Source of the DNA: Thermoproteota archaeon
GTDB lineage: Archaea; Thermoproteota; EX4484-205; JAAOZO01
DNA length: 64,000 nt
Reading direction: 5' to 3'
Assembly: GCA_041479945.1 (NCBI GenBank)
Contig: JBGOYZ010000001.1
Span: 563 to 64,562, forward strand
The notes beneath the pieces are model-generated. The model was not told where the DNA came from and made no database searches. It was given only the letters and a program-made list of their open reading frames with translations. Shown here in pieces: positions 9,501-17,906 of the stretch. The position numbers and the translations under genes are program-made. Numbering within the stretch: position 1 is the first letter of the stretch; every line of letters begins with the position of its first letter.

Positions 9501-10064
9501 TCATTTTTTGGGCAACGCAGACGCAATCATCCTAGCCGCCCTGAGGGCCTCTGGGACGGTCCCGGCCTTCCTCGACGATTCGAGCACATGCGTCAATTCG
9601 TCCCGATCGATGCCTCTACTCTGAACATACAGCGGTTTGTCCGTTCCTTTGAGTCTGACCCTGATCGGTTGATCCGCTTTTGATACCACCTCAAGTCTCT
9701 TCTCGAAGTTCGGGAGTGATCGCATGCTCCTTTTGATGCGATCTATGTTCGGCATTCTCTCCACAATACTGACCACTGGAACGCCTGTCTTTCGGTGCAA
9801 CTCATCCACGTCCACGAGGTTGAACCCACCGAAAGTTATGCCGTCTAGGAACACAACTCTGATCTGCGATGAGAACTTTGGATTGACGATCATTCTTCTG
9901 ATAGCATCGGTCGCATCCATTCCATCGACCTCTATCGTGTCAACCATGACACCCTCCATCCAGAGGTTGCCTCGATAGACCGTGCCGACCAGCCAGGTTG
10001 TCTTACTCTCCCTGAACTCGAAGGGCGAATCGTCCACTCCCAGGATTCTGACTTGCTTCTTCAA
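9501..10064 (-). CDS. DUF99/UPF0215 family protein
   Basis: 187 aa. N-terminal VRILGVDDSPF is characteristic of archaeal UPF0215 (DUF99) proteins. Confidence 0.55.
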   Translation of the reverse strand: MKKQVRILGVDDSPFEFRESKTTWLVGTVYRGNLWMEGVMVDTIEVDGMDATDAIRRMIVNPKFSSQIRVVFLDGITFGGFNLVDVDELHRKTGVPVVSIVERMPNIDRIKRSMRSLPNFEKRLEVVSKADQPIRVRLKGTDKPLYVQSRGIDRDELTHVLESSRKAGTVPEALRAARMIASALPKK

Positions 10065-10489
10065 GATACAGCGTCTCCCTTGACAAGCTGAATCTGTTTT
10101 ACTAGGGCCTCTTCCAGCTCAGCTCCGTTCTTCAGCTCCTCAAGAACGCGGGGCCAAGACAGATCGCCTCGAACGAACCAGTATGCTACCAATGCCTCGA
10201 CTGCATTTCCTAGGTCTCGTTTACCCATCCTCTTGCGGAGCTCTACCCTGAGCCCCGTGCGCGTTGAAACTCTCCTGAGCATCTCGTTTGTGACCCTTGA
10301 TCCGTCCCGCAAGTAACCGGCCTCTATCCCAACCACATTCAACAAGCCCAGTAATGCATCACCCAACTTCGCGAGGCCTCTGCTCTCGGTTATCTCTTTC
10401 AGACTGCTGTATGATAAAGCGTTCTGCAGTATCCTTCCCGGGACGGAGAGTTCAATAGACCCAGTCGGTTTCCTACTTGCCCTTCTCAA
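10061..10489 (-). CDS. RNase III-like (mini-III-like) protein
   Basis: 142 aa. LAKLGDALLGLL resembles the RNase III signature (LE-[FY]-LGDA). A second helix, GNAVEALVAYW, fits the RNase III catalytic-domain fold. Overlaps rpoL and DUF99 by 4 nt each. Confidence 0.4.
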   Translation of the reverse strand: MRRASRKPTGSIELSVPGRILQNALSYSSLKEITESRGLAKLGDALLGLLNVVGIEAGYLRDGSRVTNEMLRRVSTRTGLRVELRKRMGKRDLGNAVEALVAYWFVRGDLSWPRVLEELKNGAELEEALVKQIQLVKGDAVS

Positions 10490-10745
10490 GGTCGAGCCTG
10501 ACCCTGTCGATGTCCGAAGTCAGTTGATTCACGGCTTTTCCGATCAGCTCTCCTGGATCGCCCTTGGAACTCCTGACCGTCATCCTGAGGGGTCCTTTCA
10601 GGTAGTGGTCCACAACATAAGACGCGGCAGCTGTGGTGTCCTCCTGCAGTATATAGTCGACAAGTGGATCAACGAAAGTTGTTGACACATCTTCGAATAC
10701 TATCTCGACTTCGTCTTCTCCTTTCCTATCTATCTTCGATATCAT
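10473..10745 (-). CDS. rpoL: DNA-directed RNA polymerase subunit L (Rpb11 homologue)
   Basis: 90 aa, EVEIVFEDVSTTFVDPLVDYILQ...GDP pattern typical of RpoL. Conserved Csl4-RpoL pairing. Confidence 0.8.
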   Translation of the reverse strand: MISKIDRKGEDEVEIVFEDVSTTFVDPLVDYILQEDTTAAASYVVDHYLKGPLRMTVRSSKGDPGELIGKAVNQLTSDIDRVRLDLEKGK

Positions 10746-10751
10746 CTACAT

Positions 10752-11324
10752 TCACCACTTGAAGGTTCCATAGTCAGACGACGTAAGTCTTGTATCCTTC
10801 CAGCCGCAATCTACACAGTACAGGAGGTTCCTGGCCTCCCTCTTCTCAAGCTTGCCTCCACACTGCGAGCAGTAGGCCTGTACTGCGCCAAACCTCTGCC
10901 CCACCATGCTCACGTGGATCAGGCTCTTGTCGTAGACGACTTTGACTCGCACGATGTCTCCGGGCTTGAGGTACTTCTTGAGTCTAGATCCCACGATCCT
11001 GCCTGCTCGTGAGTGGTGAAGTAACCCGGTGAAGGTTCTCCCCAGTACCCTGTCGCTTACCTTCACTATTTCTAGGGTTGCCAATGAGTTATGAACAGTC
11101 ATTACCCTCGCAATGACCTCCTCCCCTTCCCGAGGAAACGGTGGACTTGAGGTCAACGGATCTACTTGGAAAATCTTGTTCTTCGGGTCGAATCGTATCC
11201 GCCCGGTGAACATTGAATTGATTCTGCCTTGATTTTCATAAGTCCCTTGTCCTGGATCCCCTTCTTCTATCGCACCTACGGTGTCTCCAGGCACCGTGAT
11301 TTCTCTATTTCTTGTCTCCTTCAC
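10752..11324 (-). CDS. csl4: Exosome RNA-binding subunit Csl4
   Basis: S1 domain plus a C-terminal zinc ribbon CSQCGGKLEKREARNLLYCVDCGWKD. Confidence 0.8.
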   Translation of the reverse strand: MKETRNREITVPGDTVGAIEEGDPGQGTYENQGRINSMFTGRIRFDPKNKIFQVDPLTSSPPFPREGEEVIARVMTVHNSLATLEIVKVSDRVLGRTFTGLLHHSRAGRIVGSRLKKYLKPGDIVRVKVVYDKSLIHVSMVGQRFGAVQAYCSQCGGKLEKREARNLLYCVDCGWKDTRLTSSDYGTFKW

Positions 11325-11790
11325 GCGTGATAACCTCCAAGGAGCATTTGATGGGAAGCTTGTACAAACCAGCTGTCAGGGCTGCCTTCACCACGCTCTC
11401 GTTCTCATGGTTGGCGAAGGCTTCCATTATGGTCTGTCCTTTGGCAAGCTTGGCCTTCCTGCCTGTTGGCTTGCCGAACGCCCTGACCATCCCTTGGCTA
11501 ATCCTGTCTGCACCAGCCTGTCCGAGCATCCTGTGTTCACGCGTTATTATGTGCGGGTATACCCTCACGTGCAAGATGTAGGTGTTCTCCCCCAATTTCT
11601 TCTCCAGCAGACTGTTCGCAACAACCCTAGCTGCCTCGAGAGCTTCCTGCTTGAGGTAGCAGCTGCCTTGAGGGATCACTTTCATTCCAAAATCATACTC
11701 GCCGGCGCCTGCCTTGAACCTACTGATCTTCACTTGCGGCGCCCCAGCTATATACTCAAGCCGCGAGTAGGACATGACCTTCCTTGGCAT
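11305..11790 (-). CDS. rpl10e: Ribosomal protein L10e (uL16)
   Basis: YSRLEYIAGAPQVKISRF...GADRISQGMVRAFGKP matches the L10e/L16 family. Confidence 0.8.
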   Translation of the reverse strand: MPRKVMSYSRLEYIAGAPQVKISRFKAGAGEYDFGMKVIPQGSCYLKQEALEAARVVANSLLEKKLGENTYILHVRVYPHIITREHRMLGQAGADRISQGMVRAFGKPTGRKAKLAKGQTIMEAFANHENESVVKAALTAGLYKLPIKCSLEVITREGDKK

Positions 11791-11924
11791 GGTTCAAAAT
11801 ACCATGCCTCGGTCGCCCTATTTAGTCTTTTGGCCCCCAATTGAAGGCGGAACTACCACTTAGGAGTCGTCGGCCATGAAAGCTGACGCACCTCCTTCAT
11901 TCTTGGGCAGGTTGACCTCGGAGT

Positions 11925-12755
11925 TCATCTTCGTCTGGAGATGCTGATGACGGCGTCTGTCACCACAAGCAAATCGTCGACCGATAGCTCGAAGACCCGC
12001 ATGGTCAGGAACTTGGCCATGGCGGGGTTCTCAAGCAGAGGCTTCGGGAGATTCGACATCTTGATCGCTTTGACCACCTTTCTCCTCCGATATCTGAACA
12101 ACTCCCTCGTGACGTCCTGTAGCGCCCGTAACTCTTCTTGGCCGACCCTGTTGGGTTTTTGGACCATCTTGAGGAGCGAAATCTCCGTTGAGGGAGGAGG
12201 AAAGAAGGAAGAAGGAGGATAAGTAACCAGCTCTTGGACGGCGTAGTTCAGCTGGAGCAGGACCGAAAGTCTTCCATACTCCCTCTGTCCCTCGATCGCC
12301 GTCAGTCGCCTTGCGTAGTCTTTCTCAAGGGTCGTGACGATGAGCCGTGGTGCCTCCTCTATGAGCTTCAAGATCATTTTTGATGAGATGCCGAAAGGCG
12401 GGTTGGAGATGCACTTATCATACTTGACCAATTCAACATGAAGGTAGTCTCCCTCTATGACGTTTATCGAGGGCTGTCCAGAGAACCTGCTTTTGAGGAG
12501 GTCAGCCAGACGCCTATCTTTCTCTACGACCGTTAGGGTCTTCGGTCCTTGACTAGCCAGGCGCGCCGTGAGCGTCCCTATCCCCCCTCCAATCTCAAGC
12601 ACTTCATCAGTTGGCCCTAGGTTGGCCTCTTGGACAATACGTTCCAGAAGCGATGAGCTGACTACGAAGTTCTGACCAAGGCGTTTGATCGGCCTGAACC
12701 CCCACGAACGGATGGCACTTTTTGTCTCCCCGAGAAGGTCCAGTTCACCCGTCAT
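11925..12755 (-). CDS. rsmA: 16S rRNA (adenine1518/1519-N6) dimethyltransferase KsgA/Dim1
   Basis: GQNFVVSSSLLERIV, SAM-binding LEIGGGIGTLT, and the NPPFGISS motif. Confidence 0.9.
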   Translation of the reverse strand: MTGELDLLGETKSAIRSWGFRPIKRLGQNFVVSSSLLERIVQEANLGPTDEVLEIGGGIGTLTARLASQGPKTLTVVEKDRRLADLLKSRFSGQPSINVIEGDYLHVELVKYDKCISNPPFGISSKMILKLIEEAPRLIVTTLEKDYARRLTAIEGQREYGRLSVLLQLNYAVQELVTYPPSSFFPPPSTEISLLKMVQKPNRVGQEELRALQDVTRELFRYRRRKVVKAIKMSNLPKPLLENPAMAKFLTMRVFELSVDDLLVVTDAVISISRRR

Positions 12756-13318
12756 CTCACGAATAGCCTGTATCTCTGCTGGGTTGAAATCTCTTCGATG
12801 ATCCGCGCAACTATCACTTTGACTGGGTTGGCTACCTTGGTGCGTTGCGTAAAGTCCTCGAAAGAGGAGAACGCCCCCCTTTCCCTTTCCTCTATGATCC
12901 TGCGCGTCGTACTCCTGCCTATGCCAGACAGCAGTTCAAAGGCATGTAATCTGGGGGTGAGGAGCCCCATTGAGTTCAGGATCCCAATGTACTTCTCTTG
13001 GTTGCTTATGACCATGTCTTCCAGTACAGATGGAAGGCTGTCTTTGGCGGTCTGGCTGAGGCTTTCATAGTCGATTCTACCGAGTACGGATACAGCCTCC
13101 TTCTTCGGGCCATTCCCGACATAGATCTTGGCCCCAACGCTGAGGCCCACTCCCTTCACTATGGCCACCTCCAAGATTGCGAAGAAGTCCTCTCCGATGC
13201 ACTGCACATATGGCATGGACTCTCTTCGCCAGGCCTTTTTTGGAACCCCTGACCTTATGTAGTCAAGTACTCGTGCGAATTCCTCACGGTGCCTAAACTC
13301 CTGCCTCCGGGTGATCAT
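12752..13318 (-). CDS. DUF655-family HhH nucleic-acid-binding protein
   Basis: 188 aa, conserved archaeal partner immediately upstream of ksgA. Carries a helix-hairpin-helix signature (LLSGIGRSTTRRIIEER). Confidence 0.55.
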   Translation of the reverse strand: MITRRQEFRHREEFARVLDYIRSGVPKKAWRRESMPYVQCIGEDFFAILEVAIVKGVGLSVGAKIYVGNGPKKEAVSVLGRIDYESLSQTAKDSLPSVLEDMVISNQEKYIGILNSMGLLTPRLHAFELLSGIGRSTTRRIIEERERGAFSSFEDFTQRTKVANPVKVIVARIIEEISTQQRYRLFVR

Positions 13319-13655
13319 GATTGAGCCTCCTATCAGAGCATCACCCTACGAAGTGGGCACTTCGAGTCAATCGAACCCCACTGACCGAAGGCAGAAGGTG
13401 TCATGGCCTGTGTTAGTTGGTACGCCCGCGAGATAGGATTTTAAGATTTTAGCGCTTTTGGGACTACACGCGGCACCATTCGGCCTTGGCTGGCCGACCC
13501 GTTTTAGTCTCCAAACTCTTCTCTCCGACAAACATATCAACTGCACGAGGTTTCCTGATTCAGGCGACGATGAGGAGTCAAAGTTACTTTGACAATATGA
13601 AAGAAAGGCATTTGTCCGAGTCGCCTTCTATTGTCCCTTTGAGGATCAACACAGG

Positions 13656-13762
13656 CGCCCCGGCCGGGATTTGAACTCCCGGGTCATAAGACCTCCCGGG
13701 TCTGGCGGGTGATTCGGCTCTATGAACAGCCGCCAATGTTAGCCGGTCTGCACTACCGGGGC
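13656..13762 (-). tRNA. tRNA, intron-containing or atypical (anticodon unresolved; GUU or CAU candidates)
   Basis: Minus-strand sequence GCCCCGG-TA-...-CGGGA-GTTCAAA-TCCCG-(G)-CCGGGGC-G has a 7-bp acceptor stem and a canonical T-arm. A 4-bp variable-arm-like hairpin (GGTC-TTAT-GACC) is present. At 107 nt it needs an intron or extra arm. The TTTAAATAA TATA box is about 27 nt upstream at 13788-13797. Confidence 0.55.
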
Positions 13763-13785
13763 ACCTTAGGTCGACTTCTCCAAAT

Positions 13786-13797
13786 GTTATTTAAACT
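13786..13797 (-). promoter_or_regulatory. Archaeal TATA box (TTTAAATAA) for the minus-strand tRNA
   Basis: The reverse complement of atgttatttaaac reads GTTTAAATAACAT, a near-consensus TTTAWATA, about 25-30 nt upstream of the tRNA 5' end at 13762. Confidence 0.6.
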
Positions 13798-13860
13798 TGA
13801 GAACTGGCGCCGCAGCCTTTTCCGTGAAAAACTTATCAAGGGTCGAGGTCGGTTGTTCTC

Positions 13861-14039
13861 GTCCCGCTGTAGCTCAGCCTGGTAGAGCTTCCGAGCCTGT
13901 GAGGGCGAAGATGCTGTAGGTGTCGACCTTGTGTCGATCCGTTCAGCTTACCGGGCTAAAAGCAGAAACCGGATTGTCGCTGGAGGTCGATGACCGGCGA
14001 ATTCAAAAGCCGATGGCTGAAACTCCAGCCGGCGGGACC
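13861..14039 (+). tRNA. tRNA-like element, probably a multi-intron pre-tRNA (identity unresolved)
   Basis: 5' GTCCCGC...TAGCTCAGCCTGGTAGAGC is a perfect D-arm consensus. The 3' end GCGGGAC-C is exactly complementary to the 5' 7-mer. The two are separated by about 150 nt holding several local hairpins and a CTGTGAG loop. Confidence 0.4.
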
Positions 14040-14086
14040 ACTTCAACCGAGCGATAACCTTTTTACATAAACCGCAAAATGACCTC

Positions 14087-14196
14087 GGGCCCGTAGCTCA
14101 GCATGGTAGAGCGCCGGAGATGATGTCGGCGAGGCTTTTAACCCGGGTGTCTCGGGTTCGAAGGAATAATGCTTTCCGGAAGTCCCGACGGGCCCG
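14087..14196 (+). tRNA. tRNA-Lys(UUU) with two non-canonical introns
   Basis: GGGCCCG-TA-GCTCAGCATGGTAGAGC-G-CCGG[AGATGATGTCGGCGAG]G-CTTTTAA-CCCGG-GTGTC-TCGGG-TTCGAA[GGAATAATGCTTTCCGGAAG]T-CCCGA-CGGGCCC-G. Removing a 16-nt insert in the anticodon-stem 5' strand and a 20-nt insert in the T-loop gives a canonical Lys(UUU) tRNA. A TTTTTACATAAA box lies about 27 nt upstream. Confidence 0.8.
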
Positions 14197-14276
14197 CATG
14201 ACGATTTGTGTTACTTGCCTTTTGAGTAACGTTAAAATAAGAGGATTTCGGGACCCATGAAGGGCTGGGGGTTGTT

Positions 14277-14528
14277 TTGTCATCTCGAGTTACGGATTTT
14301 AGTCCTTTAGAGCACGTTCTTTCACCGAAGTATGAGATACTTGGAGAGGAAGAGAAGAAGGAACTGCTGAAGAAGTACAAAATCAAGCCCTACAACCTGC
14401 CCAGAATCTTGTCCAGCGATCCGGCCGTCAAGGTTCTCGGAGCCAATGTTGGTGACGTGCTGAAGACAACCAAGAAGAGCGAGACGGCAGGAGAGTCAAC
14501 CTACTACAGGCTGGTGGTAATCGAATGA
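14277..14528 (+). CDS. rpoH: DNA-directed RNA polymerase subunit H (Rpb5 homologue)
   Basis: 83 aa: HVLSPKYEILGEEEKKELLKKYKIKPYNLPRILSSDPAVKVLGANVGDVLKTTKKSETAGESTYYRLVV. Overlaps the rpoB start as ATGA. Confidence 0.8.
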   Translation: MSSRVTDFSPLEHVLSPKYEILGEEEKKELLKKYKIKPYNLPRILSSDPAVKVLGANVGDVLKTTKKSETAGESTYYRLVVIE

Positions 14529-17500
14529 CAACGCCAGATTCCACCCCTACGATATCTACAGACGATTTGGAGTACGTGTACAAACTCGCGATCTCTAGGT
14601 TAGGGCTGGCTCAACATCACATAGATTCTTACAACGAACTCATCGAAAAAGACCTCAGCAAGATAGTCCAAGAAGTGGGAGAACTCAGTATCCTGCTACC
14701 AGACCTCCGCCATCGCCTTTCGTTCACTGGAGTGAGTGTGGAGTTCCCAACGATAGAGGAAGCTTCAGGAGCGCAGGGTCCACTGTATCCGCTTGAGGCA
14801 CGGTTAAGGGGCGTGAGTTACGCCGCCCCGATATTCTTGGAATTCAGAGAGTTCAAGAACGAACGACTAATGCAGGAAAGCAAGGTCAAGATCGGGGAGT
14901 TCCCGATCATGGTCAAGTCCAGACTCTGTCGACTGTACAATCTTGCCCCAGAAGAATTGGTGAAATTGGGTGAGGATCCTAGGGATCCTGGTGGCTATTT
15001 CATAATCAACGGGTCAGAGAAAGTGATAGTGGGGCTTGAGGACTTTGCGAGCAACCGGATATTCACGGAAAGGAAGAAGATAGGCAGCTCGGTCTTCTTC
15101 ACCTCGAGGGTTTTCTCGTCCACGGTAGGCTACAGGACTCGTGTGGAGATCAGGTTCAACCAACAGAATCAACTGCTGAAGGTCTACTTCCCGGGGGTGG
15201 GAGAGGACGTTCCCTTTGTTGTCCTGATGCGCGCTTTGGGGCGCGAAGTTGACAAGGACATAGCGTACGCGGTCTCTCAGCATGCTGACATCCAAGACCA
15301 TCTGATGAAGTCATTCGAGGACGCTGTAGAGATATCCACGGTAGAGGAGGCGTTGGACTACATAGGAGGGAGGACGGCATACGGGCAACCTAAGGAGATC
15401 AGAATAAGGAGAGCTGAATACCTACTGGACAAGGTGTTGCTCCCCCATTTGGGGACCACTCCGGAGGATCGGCTGAAGAAGACCGATTTCCTCGGGAAGA
15501 TGGCTGAGCGGTGCATCGCAGCAAGATTAGGCTGGAGGAGGACCGATGACAAGGATCATTACAAGAACAAGAGGCTAAGGTTTGCTGGGCCACTGATTGC
15601 CGAGATGTTCAGACAGGCCTTCAGAAGGATGGTTAGAGACCTCCGGTATCAGATCGAAAGATCCGACCTGAGGAGGACCGCTCCTTCTAGGAGCGTGAGC
15701 CACTTGGTATCAACTAGGTTGATCACCGACATACTGGGCCATGCCATCGCAACGGGGAACTGGGGGAGAAGACTGGTCGGGGTGTCCCAGTTGCTTGAGA
15801 GGACCAACTACCTGTCGACCATCAGCCATCTTAGGCGCATCCAGTCCACACTGAGCAGAAGTCAGGCCAACTTCGAGGCCAGAGACCTCCACCCAACACA
15901 ATGGGGCAGAATAGACCCGTCCGAGTCTCCAGAGGGCAGCAACTGCGGACTGGTCAAGAACATGACTCTGCTTACACAAGTCTCCGTCACAGCAGACGTA
16001 GAAGAAATCAGGAAAACACTGGAATCTCTTGGTGTTCTACCTGCTGACCAAGCTGACGAGAACGTGAAGATATCATGGGCGGAAGTATACGTCAGCGGGA
16101 TATTTCTGGGCTACCACAACGAGGGTAGGTCGTTGGCAAAGGAGCTCATCAGGCTCAGAAGACGAGGACGACTGTCCAGTCAGGTGAACATCGGTGTTTA
16201 CACACACGACTACGGAGGCGTGCAAAACACAGAGGTAGTCCTGAATGCCGACCCAGGAAGGTCGAGGCGCCCCCTGATCGTCGTTGAGGAGGGCGTTCCA
16301 AGGCTTCGAATGGAACACGTCCACAAGTTGAAGGCTGGTGAACTCACCGTTGACGATTTGGTCGACATCGGTGTCGTGGAGTACCTAGACGCCGAAGAGG
16401 AGGAGATGTCACTGATAGCCCCAGACTTGAAGTCGATTTCGGCCGAGACGACTCACCTTGAGGTCTCGCCTTTGGCGATCTTCGGTGCAGTGACTTCCGT
16501 AATTCCATTCGCCGAGCACAACCAATCTCCAAGAAATACATATGAAGGAGCGATGGCAAAGCAGGCTCTCGGATATCCAACCGCCGCACTACCGTTCAAC
16601 TTCTCGACCACATCTCACTATTTGATTTATCCTCAAACGCCACTCGTTACGACCGACACCAGCGAGGTTGTAGGGTTGGAGAAGAACCCTATAGGACAGA
16701 ACTTCATTGTCGCGATCCTTTCGGATCCGTACGACATGGAAGACGCTTTGGTCTTGAACAAGGCATCAGTTCAGCGGGGGCTAGGCAGATCCGCATCCTA
16801 CTTCGTGTACGAGGGTGAAGCGCGGCTGTACGCCATGGGCGAGAGGGACAGGATACAGAGGCCAGAGGAAGGGGTCCGGGGGTACAGAGGGATCGAGTCA
16901 TACTCGTTGCTCGATGATGATGGTGTAGTGGGAGTTGAAACCAAAGTCAGTGGAAGCGATGTGATTATCGGGAGAACAAGTCCTCCGAGGTTCTTGGAGG
17001 AAAGGGTCGAGATCTGGGGACAATCCTCCTACAGAAGGGATACCTCGGTCGTTGTGAAGCCTTCGCACTCAGGGTACGTGGACACGATCATAATGACCGA
17101 AGATACGGAACAGAATCGACTGATCAAGGTCCGCCTGAGGGATATGCGAACCCCGGAGACCGGGGACAAGTTTGCGAGCAGGGCGGGCCAAAAGGGAGTA
17201 GTGGGTGCTATCATTCCGCAGGAGGACATGCCCTTCACAGAATCGGGCATGGTTCCGGACGCTTTGATTAACCCGCACGCCATTCCCTCGAGGATGACCA
17301 TAGGACATTTCTTGGAGGCGATATTCGGGAAGGCTGCTGCCATATCCGGAAGGCAAAGAAAAGGGGATGCATTTGTCCACGAGGATCAGGAGAACATATT
17401 CGAGATTCTGAGGTCTTACGGCTTGCACCCCTATGGAGAGGAAATGATGGTCAACGGAATGACTGGGATGCCCATGAAAGCGAAGGTGTTCATCGGACCG

Positions 17501-17899
17501 TCTTACTATCAACGCCTCCACCACATGGTCAAGGACAAGATGCACGCGAGGGCGAGGGGGCAGATAACTCTGTTAACCCACCAGCCAACCGAGGGAAGGG
17601 CTAGGGGCGGAGGCCTGAGATTCGGAGAGATGGAGAGGGACTGTCTAGTAGGACATGGTGCCTCTCGGCTTCTCCAAGATAGGCTACTGGAGGAATCGGA
17701 CAAGACGACAATCTACGTCTGCGAGAATTGCGGGACGGTTGGGTACTACGATTCCAAACAGAGAAAGTACGTGTGCAAGATGTGTGGCAAAGACGTCAAC
17801 ATAAGCGCCGTCTCAATATCCTATGCGTTCAAACTCCTTCTGCAGGAGATTATGAGCTTGGGGATCTATCCTAGGATCAACCTAACTAGGAGGGTATGA
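14525..17899 (+). CDS. rpoB: DNA-directed RNA polymerase subunit B (unsplit)
   Basis: 1124-aa single ORF with Rpb2-like motifs and a C-terminal zinc ribbon CENCGTVGYY...CKMCGK. Confidence 0.95.
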   Translation: MTTPDSTPTISTDDLEYVYKLAISRLGLAQHHIDSYNELIEKDLSKIVQEVGELSILLPDLRHRLSFTGVSVEFPTIEEASGAQGPLYPLEARLRGVSYAAPIFLEFREFKNERLMQESKVKIGEFPIMVKSRLCRLYNLAPEELVKLGEDPRDPGGYFIINGSEKVIVGLEDFASNRIFTERKKIGSSVFFTSRVFSSTVGYRTRVEIRFNQQNQLLKVYFPGVGEDVPFVVLMRALGREVDKDIAYAVSQHADIQDHLMKSFEDAVEISTVEEALDYIGGRTAYGQPKEIRIRRAEYLLDKVLLPHLGTTPEDRLKKTDFLGKMAERCIAARLGWRRTDDKDHYKNKRLRFAGPLIAEMFRQAFRRMVRDLRYQIERSDLRRTAPSRSVSHLVSTRLITDILGHAIATGNWGRRLVGVSQLLERTNYLSTISHLRRIQSTLSRSQANFEARDLHPTQWGRIDPSESPEGSNCGLVKNMTLLTQVSVTADVEEIRKTLESLGVLPADQADENVKISWAEVYVSGIFLGYHNEGRSLAKELIRLRRRGRLSSQVNIGVYTHDYGGVQNTEVVLNADPGRSRRPLIVVEEGVPRLRMEHVHKLKAGELTVDDLVDIGVVEYLDAEEEEMSLIAPDLKSISAETTHLEVSPLAIFGAVTSVIPFAEHNQSPRNTYEGAMAKQALGYPTAALPFNFSTTSHYLIYPQTPLVTTDTSEVVGLEKNPIGQNFIVAILSDPYDMEDALVLNKASVQRGLGRSASYFVYEGEARLYAMGERDRIQRPEEGVRGYRGIESYSLLDDDGVVGVETKVSGSDVIIGRTSPPRFLEERVEIWGQSSYRRDTSVVVKPSHSGYVDTIIMTEDTEQNRLIKVRLRDMRTPETGDKFASRAGQKGVVGAIIPQEDMPFTESGMVPDALINPHAIPSRMTIGHFLEAIFGKAAAISGRQRKGDAFVHEDQENIFEILRSYGLHPYGEEMMVNGMTGMPMKAKVFIGPSYYQRLHHMVKDKMHARARGQITLLTHQPTEGRARGGGLRFGEMERDCLVGHGASRLLQDRLLEESDKTTIYVCENCGTVGYYDSKQRKYVCKMCGKDVNISAVSISYAFKLLLQEIMSLGIYPRINLTRRV

Positions 17900-17906
17900 C
17901 GACAAC

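Noticed and set aside
13486-13674. ORF 13486..13674(+) 62 aa
   Set aside because: No family resemblance. It overlaps the 3' end of the minus-strand tRNA. The region is more likely promoter or ncRNA.
14160-14185. GGAAGTCCCG string resembling an RNase P RNA CR-I motif
   Set aside because: It lies inside the T-loop intron of tRNA-Lys, is only about 10 nt, and has no flanking P4-like complement. It is treated as coincidence.
14098-14386. ORFs 14098..14283(-) and 14138..14386(-) from the ORF track
   Set aside because: They lie across tRNA-Lys(UUU) and the rpoH promoter/5' end. They have no protein-like motifs, and the tRNA call explains the sequence conservation.
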